In this document: positions 1 to 9,589 of the stretch, piece by piece
Layout of the letters: each line of letters opens with the position of its first letter
Position numbering within the stretch: the first letter of the stretch is position 1
Origin: an uncultured delta proteobacterium
GTDB lineage: Bacteria; Desulfobacterota; WTBG01; CAIYCZ01
Assembly: GCA_963803975.1 (NCBI GenBank)
Contig: CAWDOY010000056.1
Span: 1 to 38,416 of the forward strand
Reading direction: 5' to 3'
Length of the DNA stretch: 38,416 nt
Notes under the pieces: model-generated
What the model was told of the DNA's origin: nothing
Database searches by the model: none
What the model saw: only the letters and a program-made list of their open reading frames with translations
Translations under genes and position numbers: made by a program

Positions 1-65
1 TGAGCTCTGGGCCCGAACGGCTGACAGCTCTCAACTGCAAAACGAATTAACCGGAGGAGAAGAAA

Positions 66-565
66 ATGGCTGAGATAACGCTACGCGGAAATGTCATTCA
101 CACCTGCGGCATGCTGCCGGCAGTCGGTTCGCAGGCGCCTGATTTTGTTCTGACCAGAACCGATCTCGCAGATGTATCGCTTAAGGATTTTGCCGGCAAA
201 AAGATAGTGCTGAATATTTTTCCCAGCATTGACACGCCCGTGTGCGCTCGGCGGTGCGGAAATTTAACGCCGAAGCCGGCAAGCTCGCAAACACGGTGGT
301 GCTCTGCGTGTCCGTTGACCTGCCGTTCGCGCTTCAGCGTTTTTGCGGCGCGGAAGGGCTGGATAAGGTGATTCCGGCCTCAGAGCTGCGCCGGCGCAAA
401 TTCGGAGAGGATTACGGCGTGCGGATCGTGGACGGGCCGCTGGCAGGGCTGTTTGCCCGGGCCGTGGTGATTATTGACGGGCAGGGGAAGGTGATTTATA
501 CCGAACAGGTCCCCGAGATCGGCCAGGAGCCAGATTACGCGGCAGCACTGAAGGCGCTCAAATAA
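66..565 (+). CDS. tpx: Thiol peroxidase (atypical 2-Cys peroxiredoxin), split by one apparent indel near 245
   Basis: ORF 66..371 has [15 protein letters not shown] 242..565 continues with [18 protein letters not shown] and [15 protein letters not shown]...[20 protein letters not shown] upstream. Confidence 0.93.
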
Positions 566-569
566 AAAG

Positions 570-695
570 CAGGCCGTTGAAAAACACCCATCTGCTTCGT
601 TCTGCTTATCCTTCGTCATTGCGACGTACGGTAAAAGTACGCCTCATTCCTCAGAATTTCGCACGCCTTGCATCTGGATGTTTTTGAACAGCCTG
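570..695. repeat. About 126-bp palindromic REP/MITE-like intergenic element
   Basis: Ends CAGGCCGTTGAAAAACA and TGTTTTTGAACAGCCTG are 15/17 inverted complements, with an internal GCGACGTAC...GTACGCC hairpin. Resembles multicopy palindromes of Deltaproteobacteria (from recall). Confidence 0.75.
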
Positions 696-721
696 AGGAA
701 AACTATTTTTCCAGCAACTTG

Positions 722-928
722 CTATTCCGGGTCTTCGGGTTTTGCCGGCAGCGGGCAGGGTATGCGGTGCATGGCGCTTTCGAAGGTGGCAGTAGTTACG
801 GCGTGCACGTCTGGAGCATTTTCCTCAGAACACGGCGGCAGGGGAGCGGCATTCTGCCCGGCAACAGTCACAACGACTGTTTTACCTGCCTTCAGGTCTT
901 CATTGACGCTGGCGAGCGTTTTGGTCAT
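722..928 (-). CDS. Small protein resembling the N-terminus of DUF39 homocysteine biosynthesis proteins (possible remnant)
   Basis: MTKTLASVNEDLKAGKTVVVT-19aa-VHAVTTATF parallels the recalled DUF39 start KTIxEINEKIxxGxAVVVT-19aa-VDVVTTGTF. Confidence 0.45.
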   Translation of the reverse strand: MTKTLASVNEDLKAGKTVVVTVAGQNAAPLPPCSEENAPDVHAVTTATFESAMHRIPCPLPAKPEDPE

Positions 929-992
929 GAATGCAATCATTAAAGCTTTTAATCCTGATGCCGGTAGCTGTGCCCCCTGCCAGCATAGTTGG

Positions 993-1868
993 TTATTGCC
1001 GGGCTATGCTGACCAGAGCCCCTGCTGCAAGAAGATCAAAATCCAATTTTATATTACGGGAGGCATAATCATCAGTAGTATACTCTTTGACAAAGAACAT
1101 GCCTTTCTTATTCCATCCGCTGCCTGGTAATGATACCAGGGCACCCACAGAAATGATTTTGAATTTTTCTCCTGCGTCCGGGGGGACTGATAGTTTAAAA
1201 GTGCTTCCTGCAGCTATGATTGTTGCCTTGTGCTGCAGGCTGGTCAATGTTCCCTGAAAGTCAAGCGTCCCGATGTACCCGCCGCCCAATAATTGAAACT
1301 CTCCAAAATCGGTATTTCCTATATTTGACATGGTGAGTGCTATCCCGCCGCTCTGGATGCTCAGCTTTTCCACCTGCCGGGTGGTGGGCGTACTGAAATT
1401 TATATCCATGCTGACCCCGCCCAGGTTGAAATTGCATGTTCTCAGCGGCAGCCCGCCAAGCTCCATGCTGCCGGCAAGACCGCCACCGTTAATTCCCAGA
1501 TCTGTGTCAATGTCAAAGCTGCCAATGGTTACCTCCCATTTCTCAATTTCCGGAACCTGATCGTTGTCACTCTCAATGTCCGATGTGAATTTCGCGGTAA
1601 AGGTTCCGCCTGAGCCGGATGTTGTAAGAGTGGGTGCCGGTCGTGCATCATCATAGGTGACCACTGCTTCAACAATTGTGTCTTCGCTGTCGCTTCTGGT
1701 GAAATTCACCTGTGCCCCGCCAAGGTTAAAAGAAAGAGAGAATGCAGATGCATTGAGCATGTCCGCCTTTGATACGGTGAGCGTCCTGGTCACCGTGTCA
1801 GCGGAAGAGACCTGAGAAAAAGCACAAAGGCATACAAAACAGATTATGACAATCAGTATTTTTTTCAT
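993..1868 (-). CDS. Secreted beta-rich protein (toast-rack/LiaG-like fold, tentative)
   Basis: 291-aa ORF with N-terminal signal peptide, AGGAGG RBS, and repeating G-rich beta-strand patterns (FNLGG, INGGG, IQSGG, LLGGG). Confidence 0.6.
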   Translation of the reverse strand: MKKILIVIICFVCLCAFSQVSSADTVTRTLTVSKADMLNASAFSLSFNLGGAQVNFTRSDSEDTIVEAVVTYDDARPAPTLTTSGSGGTFTAKFTSDIESDNDQVPEIEKWEVTIGSFDIDTDLGINGGGLAGSMELGGLPLRTCNFNLGGVSMDINFSTPTTRQVEKLSIQSGGIALTMSNIGNTDFGEFQLLGGGYIGTLDFQGTLTSLQHKATIIAAGSTFKLSVPPDAGEKFKIISVGALVSLPGSGWNKKGMFFVKEYTTDDYASRNIKLDFDLLAAGALVSIARQ

Positions 1869-2062
1869 GTAAGCCTCCTTTTCTATTTATAAATGAGGGG
1901 GACATATACAGCAGGTGAGAGCAGTAAAAAATTGCCGCTGCACCCTGTTTTTATAGATAAGTATCCACCATCACCGGGCTCATGGTCAAGACAAACTTTA
2001 ACAGCATAATAAAGCTTCCCCTGTTTGTATTATTCATATCCCCCGGTTCATTTCATGTTTTA

Positions 2063-2091
2063 TTGACAAAATTCCCTTATTACTATCTAAT
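2063..2091 (+). promoter_or_regulatory. Putative sigma70 promoter for the nucleotidyltransferase pair
   Basis: TTGACA (2063-2068), 17 nt, TCTAAT (2086-2091). Confidence 0.45.
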
Positions 2092-2150
2092 TAACTATCC
2101 ACTACAGTCGCACGGACTTACTGTGCGCCTACCATCCATCAGGCTCAAAC

Positions 2151-2622
2151 ATGTTAGATCTATATGATGAATTTAATAAGGTAGTTACTCTTCTGGCGGA
2201 GCATACTATTGACTATGCCTTATGCGGCGGGTTAGCACTGGCGGTATATGGTATTCCCCGGGCAACTATAGACATTGATCTGTTGATTATGCCTGAAGCT
2301 CTTGAGGCTGTAATGCAGCTGGCTCGAGAGCTCGGCTATAAAAAAGAAGCGCTGCCCATGCGATTTACTGATAAGGGTATTGAAATTCGCCGCGATCTCA
2401 AAACTTGATCAGGACTCCGGGGATATTTTGATGCTCGATTTGCTGCTGGTCACACCGGCAATTCTCCCGGTATGGGAGTCCCGCAGGGAAGTTGAATGGG
2501 AACATGGCACGCTCTGGGTGGTGTCACGTGATGGTCTGATGGCCCTGAAATCCCTGCGCGGCAGCGGTCAAGACCTTGAGGACATCAGCCGCCTCAAAAA
2601 GGAGAGTGCCGATGAGCGTTGA
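2151..2622 (+). CDS. Nucleotidyltransferase (AbiEii/DUF6036-like), one apparent indel near 2395
   Basis: YALCGGLALAVYGIPRATIDIDLL motif; second frame gives GLMALKSLRGSGQDLEDI (K...R..D..D pattern). Confidence 0.8.
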
Positions 2623-2773
2623 TCTTTCTGCTCAGGGAATTACCACACGGCTGAAACGCGTCTCGCAGCTGCGGCGGTTATGTCTTTCCCTCGGCAAAGC
2701 AAAGCTGGTTAACCATAAAATGGCTGATTCGGCGGCCGATAAAAGGCAGGCTGCAAAGAAAAGCAAGCGGTAA
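2612..2773 (+). CDS. Small basic protein, probable partner of the nucleotidyltransferase
   Basis: MSVDLSAQGITTRLKRVSQLRRLCLSL...; overlaps the upstream stop; AGGAG RBS. Confidence 0.6.
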   Translation: MSVDLSAQGITTRLKRVSQLRRLCLSLGKAKLVNHKMADSAADKRQAAKKSKR

Positions 2774-2806
2774 CCAGGGGCAATAGATTTTATATTGCCG
2801 TCTAAT

Positions 2807-3736
2807 TTATCTGTCAGCAGGCCTGTGCAACAGATTTTTAAAGAAGCCTGCCGCAGAATAGAATGAGAGCACGTGTTTCGGGCAGACAGCAACACACCTG
2901 CCGCATCCCATGCACTCTATGGTGCGAATCTCCCCTTTCTCCCTGACCATCCGCGCTATTGGTATCCCCATATCACAGACCTGATCGCATTTCCCGCAAT
3001 CAATACATTCTTCTTTATTTGCCTTGATCCGGTACAGCCCGGCAACGCTCAATACCCCCCAGAGCGCGGCCAACGGGCAGAGTATGCGGCAGAAGTTCCG
3101 GTTGCCGGTGAGCGGGATGAAGAGAAAGCTTGCGTAGTAGCCATAGGTTATAAAATCATAATAGAATTTCCCCGCCCGGTTGTAGGCAGTGCCTGCGTCA
3201 ATAATCATGAATGCAAGATATACGACAAGAAGCGACAGCGTCAGCCATTTCAAATGCCTGAGCTTCCACCACCGTCCATTTCTGGGTGTTTTGTCCCGGA
3301 ACGGATAGCCGATGGTTTCCCGCGCGGTGACGCACGGGCAGCACCAGCCGCAGTCAACCCGCTTGCCGAATAAAAGAACGATCCCCATGTAGATGAAAAA
3401 AGCAAGCGATCCGATGGTGTGAATTGCCGGAAAGCTTCCCCACTCACCCCCGAGGATGGGTACCTTCACCTTGAAGGCAAGCGGGATAACCAGCCACAGC
3501 AGCACGTAGAGCGACAGGATGGTTATAATGCGCGCCTTTTGATAGGGGTCCTTCTCATTATCAATCCGCCACAGGCCGAAAAAAATGAGCAGCGCTGCCC
3601 CAGCATAGCCGGCGGGGTTGTAGTTAATCTTGAAGAAATAGAATTCTAAAATAGCAAAGACTACCAGGCTGAACAGGGCGAGCGTCTTTGACAGTTTCTC
3701 GGAGGACATGGTCTGGGAATGATTATTGAGAGGCAT
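2807..3736 (-). CDS. Membrane polyferredoxin / 4Fe-4S binding protein (NapH/NosR-like domain); start may be ATG 3709
   Basis: Several TM helices, CGWCCP and CRILCP motifs, and two CxxCxxCxxxC ferredoxin motifs. Confidence 0.88.
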   Translation of the reverse strand: MPLNNHSQTMSSEKLSKTLALFSLVVFAILEFYFFKINYNPAGYAGAALLIFFGLWRIDNEKDPYQKARIITILSLYVLLWLVIPLAFKVKVPILGGEWGSFPAIHTIGSLAFFIYMGIVLLFGKRVDCGWCCPCVTARETIGYPFRDKTPRNGRWWKLRHLKWLTLSLLVVYLAFMIIDAGTAYNRAGKFYYDFITYGYYASFLFIPLTGNRNFCRILCPLAALWGVLSVAGLYRIKANKEECIDCGKCDQVCDMGIPIARMVREKGEIRTIECMGCGRCVAVCPKHVLSFYSAAGFFKNLLHRPADR

Positions 3737-3761
3737 TGGGAGGACACTTATAAATAAACAA

Positions 3762-3809
3762 GAGGGCAGTTCCAGTCGCCATTCACTGCTCCTGCCGGAA
3801 CTGCCCCTC
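3762..3809 (-). terminator. Hairpin downstream of the rhodanese-YdjY gene
   Basis: GGGCAGTTCC...GGAACTGCCC inverted repeat, followed on the minus strand by TTGTTTATTT. Confidence 0.5.
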
Positions 3810-3830
3810 GGTTATGTGCGCTGTATGGTT

Positions 3831-5020
3831 CTATTTTGGAACAGTCACCTTGACTTTAATCAGCTTCCCCTCACCGGGCAGAATATCCATCTTCGGGTAA
3901 TAGCGCCCGGCATAAAAATTTGTTTCCGCTGCTGTCTCGTCGTAGGTCCCGCCGTCACTGAACCAGGTGTCTTCATTGGTCTTGGCATTGCTCGTAATAC
4001 CGCAGACGCAGGCGTACCAGCAGAAAATACAGCCCGGATTCCAGTTCATGTTGGAATCCCTGGTGCCGCCAATGCGTGATTCAATGCCAACCGGCTTAAA
4101 GGCTGTGGGATCTGGCTGGAATTCGGTTGACTTCTCTTCAAAGAGTTCAGAAATGGCATAGTATTTTTCCGCACCGTCCCAGGTAACGCTGTACTCGACG
4201 TGCTGCCCGTTCGGAAATTTGCTTCCCCATTCATCCATAGTACCAAAATCAATTCCGTCTGCCATGTTGCCCGCCGGGCTTGCACCCAGATAGGTCAGCA
4301 GTTCCTGAAAGCAGAAGGGAGCCATATTTACCTGCAGCAGCCCGTTGTTATGCAGTCCTCCGCCTTTGAAAATAATGGAGTGATGGGTTGCGCGTGCTGA
4401 TACATTTTGAAAATTAGTATTATTGATATAGCCGGTCATGACAAAAGAGCCAGCGGCCGTATCAACGGTCTCAACACCATCATAGAATTCTTTTGTGAGG
4501 TCGCTGTATTTTCCGTTCCACGAAGCATAATCCCCATCAAGAAATGAAACATTTTTGTATCCCACGCTTTGAGCAAGCCGGGCCGCTTCCCTGCCGTCTG
4601 CTGCGGCCGCCCCGTAAAATACGATCTGGGAGTTCTCATAGGTGCTTGAAAAATCATTCACCAGCTGGTTGATCAGCATGTGCGCCAGCCAGGAGCTTGC
4701 AATGCCGGTAGCAGCAGTCGGACTTACCTCATCATAACCGTTGGTATAGAGCGGCTGATCATTCTGAGCAATCATTGACAGCGGCACGGATAGCGCGTCC
4801 TTTATGTGCCCTGCCATAAAATTATTGCTGTCCCGTACGTCTACCACCAGCAGCCGTTCTTCATTATCAGGTGCCGTGTCCCCGGCCATGATTGCCTGCT
4901 GCAGTTCTTCCATGGCTCATGGATTTAGTGCAGGCAGTGAGCGAGCATCGCGAGCAGCACGACTAAAACAACACTACCGATTCTGTTGCCTGTGTTCCCT
5001 GTTCCGTTTCTGTAACGCAT
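3831..5020 (-). CDS. Lipoprotein: rhodanese domain fused to YdjY-like Fe-S domain (indels in signal region)
   Basis: ATG at 5020 with GGAGG RBS and a hydrophobic leader ending LTAC after frame repair; VVDVR..F..GHI..A and FLDGDY..W rhodanese motifs; GCIFCWYACVCGITSN YdjY-like motif. Confidence 0.75.
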
Positions 5021-5132
5021 AATAACCTCCTGTGGATGGATTTTCTGTTACCTGAAGTCTATGAGCGAGAGCCGGCAAAAGATGCAAATTGGTAATTTCT
5101 ATATCCCGGCTGCGAATATTGGGATTATCGAT

Positions 5133-5162
5133 TTGACTGTACTGATGAGCGGGGAATATAAT
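5133..5162 (+). promoter_or_regulatory. Sigma70 promoter upstream of the unusual tRNA
   Basis: TTGACT (5133-5138), 18 nt, TATAAT (5157-5162), ending 25 nt before the tRNA 5' end. Confidence 0.7.
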
Positions 5163-5187
5163 AGCCTGCGTCACAAGAAAGCCGTGC

Positions 5188-5282
5188 GGCCGGTTTAGGG
5201 AGCCGGGCTCCCCGCGGACTGCAAACCCGTTGAGTGCACTGAGCAAGTGTGCTGTTCGGTTCGACTCCGAACCCGGCCTCCA
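5188..5282 (+). tRNA. Non-canonical tRNA-Cys(GCA) with tRNA-Sec-like 8/4 fold and long variable arm (selC*-like)
   Basis: Acceptor GGCCGGTT/ACCCGGCC (one U.C mismatch); D-stem GGGAGC/GCTCCC; anticodon loop CT-GCA-AA (GCA 5221-5223); 8-bp variable stem AGTGCACT/AGTGTGCT; T-arm TCGG-TTCGACT-CCGA; discriminator U and encoded CCA. Confidence 0.88.
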
Positions 5283-5322
5283 TCAATATAAAATAATATG
5301 CGACTCTATAAGCAAGAAATTT

Positions 5323-5792
5323 ATGAACATACTAAAAGATAATAAAAAACTGATTCTGTGCGGGTGTATCGTTTGTGCGTTCTTACTTATACGTCACCAC
5401 CTGCAGCACATGCGCAGACAACTGACAGCCTGTTTAATGTCTGCGTTATTCTGCCCGGCATGACGCAGAGTATTGATATACGCCAGTCAGCGCCCTTTCC
5501 CCTCGGGTGCCCGCATTTTTTTGTTGCGGTAATGGGGACGGGAACCCTCGGCATCTCACTGAAAAAAGATGACAAGGCCGGGGACCTGATATTTATGACC
5601 GGCGTTGCATCTTCCAGCGCGGGCACGGTTCCCATCTACCGGCTTGGCGTATCAAAGGGCATGATAGATCAGATTGTTGAAATCGGCGACAGCGACCAGC
5701 CCTACGGGTTTGTCTGGATTTACTGCGGAGTTGCCTACTCCGGCAGTGTACCGGTCTTTGCCTCCCAGCTGCGGCTGTCCCTGGCTCCGTAA
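5323..5792 (+). CDS. Hypothetical exported protein (probable indel in signal peptide)
   Basis: ATG 5323 gives a K-rich then hydrophobic leader; body in ORF 5358..5792 begins ...AAHA-QTT. Confidence 0.55.
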
Positions 5793-5854
5793 CAATATTT
5801 TTACAGATGGAGTAAACCTAAAACAACGCGGTAACAAAAAAAGGAGAATGAAGT

Positions 5855-7661
5855 ATGAAGAGAACAGGAAATGGATTATGGTGTCTGCTGCTCGTGCCAA
5901 TGGTCGCGCTGCTGGCAGCGGGCTGCGTGCAGAACAGCAAGAGCTATCCGAATGCCAGCCTGCTCATCACGGGCGACCAGCTGGAGGAGCTCATAAACGC
6001 GCAGACCTCAAACATGGTAATCATTGATGCCCGTGCATTACGGCAATGCTTCGCAAAAGATCCCCGGCTCCATCAACCTTCGCTGGCAGGAGTTTGTGGT
6101 CACCCCGATACAGCTCAAGCCGGTGAGCAGACCTTGAGAAGCAGCTGGGCGCGGCGGGCTGACCCGGGATAAAAAAATCATCATCTATGACAATGCGCTT
6201 TATTCGTGGGGCGCAGCAGGCCGCATATTCTGGATGCTTGAGTACCTGGGCTGTGATGACGTGCACATCCTGAGCGGCGGCTGGGACAAGTGGATGGAAG
6301 ACGGCCGCCCCACCGAGGACATGTATGCAATGGAGCTTGAGGGCGCGACCTTCACCGCCAGCGTGCAAAGCGACCGGCTGGCGACAAAGGAGCATATCTG
6401 CCTCCCGGCTGAACGATGCGGACTTTGCGGTGCTTGATACCCGCACCTTCCAGGAGTACAACGGTTGGACACTCTATGGAGAGTCCCGCGGCGGCCATAT
6501 ACCGGGCGCAATCAATGTCAGCTATGAGAGCTTTTTTAACCCTGACTCAACGGTCCTTGGCTATGAGGATCTGAAAAGCCTGCTGGAAGGAAACGGCTTC
6601 ACTACTGACAAGGAAGTGACCGCAACTGCACGGTCGGTATCCGCAGCGGGTTCGGTTATTTCATCCTTCGTCTCATGGGCTACAGCCGATGCTCAAATTA
6701 CGCCGGCTCGATTGTCGACTGGGGCGCGGATGCAGCACTTCCCATGGAAAAGATGGAAAACTACCAGTCACTCGTCTATCCGGCCTGGGTTGATGCCCTC
6801 ATCAGCGGTGACAATCCCCCGACCTATCAGAACAACGGCTATGTAATCGTCGAAACCTCATGGACGCCTGAATATACATCAGATCCCACTGACTACACCA
6901 TGGGCCATATACCGGGCGCCATCTTCATGGACACCTATGATGTTGAGAATGGACCGAGCCGCGAGCCCATGTATAACAGCCCTCAGGACGCAAACGTAAA
7001 ATCCATTCCTGATCTGCAGAAATTTCTGGGCGGAATAGGCATCTCGGCGGACAAGACCGTGGTGGTCTACGGAAATGACATTATGAGCTGCGGCCGGGTT
7101 GCCTGGGCACTGCTGCTGGCCGGGGTCAAAGACGTGCGCGTTTTAAATGGCGGCTATGACGCCTGGATTAAATACGGCGGCGCAACAGAAGGCAAGGCAA
7201 ACACCCTGGAGCCGGTTGCGTTTGGAGAATCAGCGGGCAGACCCGACCTGCTTGCCACCATGGATGATGTCAAAAAAGCCTGTAATGGTGAAATCCCTAA
7301 TATCACGGTAACCGATGACAGATCGAGGGATGAATTCACCGGCGTCACAAACTCCTATTACGGCTATTTTGACGAGAAGGGCAGAATACCCTGCGCGCAG
7401 TGGATCGGTGACTGGACCGAACTCATCGGCAGTGACATTAATACGGTCCAGAGCATGGGCATTGTGAAGAAAAACTGGGAGGCCGCCGGGTTTTCTCCTG
7501 ACAAGAAGATGTATTTTTATTGCGGCACGGGCTGGCGTTCCGGTCTCTACACCTACTATGCGTACCTGCTCGGCTGGCCAGCTGCAAATTACGACGGCGG
7601 CTGGTACGAGTGGAGCACAAACCCGGTAACCCGCGGGAGACCGGCGAGCCGAAATAATTGA
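5855..7661 (+). CDS. Lipoprotein multi-rhodanese sulfurtransferase (YnjE-like, four domains), several indels
   Basis: LAAGC lipobox; repeated GHIPGA and LxGG.D.W motifs; loops CTVGIR (domain 2, after frame repair) and CGTGWR (YnjE-type); YDGGWYEWS. Confidence 0.85.
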
Positions 7662-7732
7662 CTGAATAACAGGCGGTAAATCTTGAAGATAATTCAAGGA
7701 GGAGATGTTGCCGTAAGGGAACAAAATTATAG

Positions 7733-7760
7733 GGGAGGCTTTGGCCTCCCTTATCATTTT
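7733..7760 (+). terminator. Probable intrinsic terminator
   Basis: GGGAGGC-TTTG-GCCTCCC followed by TTATCATTTT. Confidence 0.6.
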
Positions 7761-7876
7761 TGGGAAATGTTCTGTACTGAGAGGAAATAATATTCCAGAA
7801 ATCGGTAAAATATAACAGGTTCATTCATAATACTGATGTTACATGATTCATACAAGGTGAATGCGATAAATAGTAT

Positions 7877-8113
7877 ATGAAATATACCCAATATTTTTTA
7901 TATACACGCAGGAGGGCAGAAAGCGCTATAATAAAAGATGAATGGATACAACGTGCAATTGATGAGCCCGTAAAGACAGAGATACAGGCAGATAACAGAA
8001 TACGTAAATGGGTTAAAATTCAAGAGGAGAATAAGTACCTGAGAGTGATTTTACTGCCCGATGGAGAAACCGTGCATAATGCTTTCTTTGACCGGGATTA
8101 TAAGGAGGAATAG
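7877..8113 (+). CDS. Small putative toxin (DUF4258/RelE-like)
   Basis: 78 aa with YLRVILLPDGETVHNAFFDR, directly upstream of a DUF2283 gene. Confidence 0.65.
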   Translation: MKYTQYFLYTRRRAESAIIKDEWIQRAIDEPVKTEIQADNRIRKWVKIQEENKYLRVILLPDGETVHNAFFDRDYKEE

Positions 8114-8117
8114 AAAG

Positions 8118-8324
8118 ATGAAAATTAAATACTTTAGTGATACTGATACAGCTCTTGTCGAATTCACAGACAATCAGGTAAAAGAAACCAGAGAAATTTC
8201 AGAAAATATATATATTGATCTTGATGTGAACGGCAACCCGGTAAGCATGACAATTGAGCATGCGCGGGTGACTGCACATTTGCCGGACATTACATATCAG
8301 CAAATTGAAAAAGCAACCGCATAG
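8118..8324 (+). CDS. DUF2283 family protein (putative antitoxin)
   Basis: MKIKYFSDTDTALVEF...IYIDLDVNGNPVSMTIEHA; AGGAGG RBS. Confidence 0.8.
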   Translation: MKIKYFSDTDTALVEFTDNQVKETREISENIYIDLDVNGNPVSMTIEHARVTAHLPDITYQQIEKATA

Positions 8325-8653
8325 TGATGGTAATTCTCTCAAGCATTGGGCTCAAAAAAAATAATCAAACAACTGTAGCCATATCCACTATACAATTTTT
8401 CCTCCTCTTAAATAACATAACATGAGCACCTCAAATACAATACTAAAAAATCCAGGTTCACTTCCCCCATTTTAATCCACACTGATTTCAATGTAGCCTC
8501 CTATCCCCCCTTTTTTATTATTCCGCATTCAGCCCCACTATTGTAAGTGTCTATATCCCGACCCCCGCGTATAGATATTATCGAATTGACTCCTTGCCGT
8601 ATGTCCTGCACAACAAAGTAGAAGCAATATGGACAATGATAAAACAGAATATT

Positions 8654-8681
8654 GAGATTGCTTCGCTTCGCTCGCAATGAC
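8654..8681. repeat. Partial palindromic REP/RPE-like element
   Basis: GAGATTGCTTCGCTTCGCTCGCAATGAC matches from recall the 3' half of widespread GTCATTGCGAG...CTCGCAATGAC elements. Confidence 0.55.
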
Positions 8682-8761
8682 CCTGTCTCTTGCATACGTG
8701 TAAAAGTCGTTGACGATAGAAGCGTATTTTTCAAACCTTCAAACCAGCTTTATTTAAAAAC

Positions 8762-9579
8762 ATGTACTCAGTCGGCATTGACACCGGTTCTGTCGCGACC
8801 AAGGCCGTTATCTTTAACGGCAGCATCATGGGAAGCGTTATTATCCCCACGGGCTGGAGCCCGCGGGATGCCTCCCGTGAAGCGCTGGACAGGCTTCTCC
8901 TGCAGAGCGGCATTGAGCGGGAGAGCATTCAGTCAATCATTGTCACCGGCTATGGCCGGGCACTCGCTGATTTTGCAGACCAGGCAGATCACTGAAATCG
9001 CCTGTCACGGCCGGGGCGCGTTTTTTTTGAACAACAGCGTTCGCACGGTGCTTGATATCGGCGGCCAGGACAGCAAAGCCATAAGCCTCGATGAACAGGG
9101 AAGTGTCACTGACTTTGTGATGAACGACAAATGCGCCGCAGGGACGGGCAGGTTTCTTGAAGTCATGGCCCATCTTCTCGGCGGCGAGGTGCAGGACCTT
9201 GACCGGATGGCAGCCGGGGCTGAAGCGCAGGTGATTACGAATATGTGCACGGTGTTTGCCGAGTCAGAAGTGATAAGTCTTCTTGCAAAAGGCGTCTCCA
9301 AGGAATCAATCGCGCGGGGCATCCTTGAATCCATCGCAGGCCGCGCAGCAGCGCTTCTGGGCAGAGTGTCCGTGGAGCCGCGGATCGCCTTCACCGGCGG
9401 CGCATCACGGAGCGCGGTCTTAAAAGAATTAATCGAGCAGAAGATCAGGAGCACAGCTGTTTGTGTCGCCGCACGCCCAGATTGCCGGAGCCCTTGGCGC
9501 GGCAATAACCGGCTGGAACGCGCTGCTGCGCAAAAGCATGACTGCTCCGGCGCGCGAACAAAATGTAAGGGCTTATTAA
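8762..9579 (+). CDS. ATP-dependent activase (HgdC/YjiL/BcrAD family), two indels
   Basis: GIDTGSVATK, VTGYGR, ITEIACHGRGA, LDIGGQDSK, FVMNDKCAAGTGRFLE, CTVFAESEVISL, QIAGALGAA. Confidence 0.92.
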
Positions 9580-9589
9580 CAGGTACGTC

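Noticed and set aside
5188..5282. Ordinary tRNA-Sec (selC) or ordinary tRNA-Cys
   Set aside because: GCA anticodon and U73 rule out standard Sec identity, and the length and long variable arm rule out a canonical tRNA-Cys.
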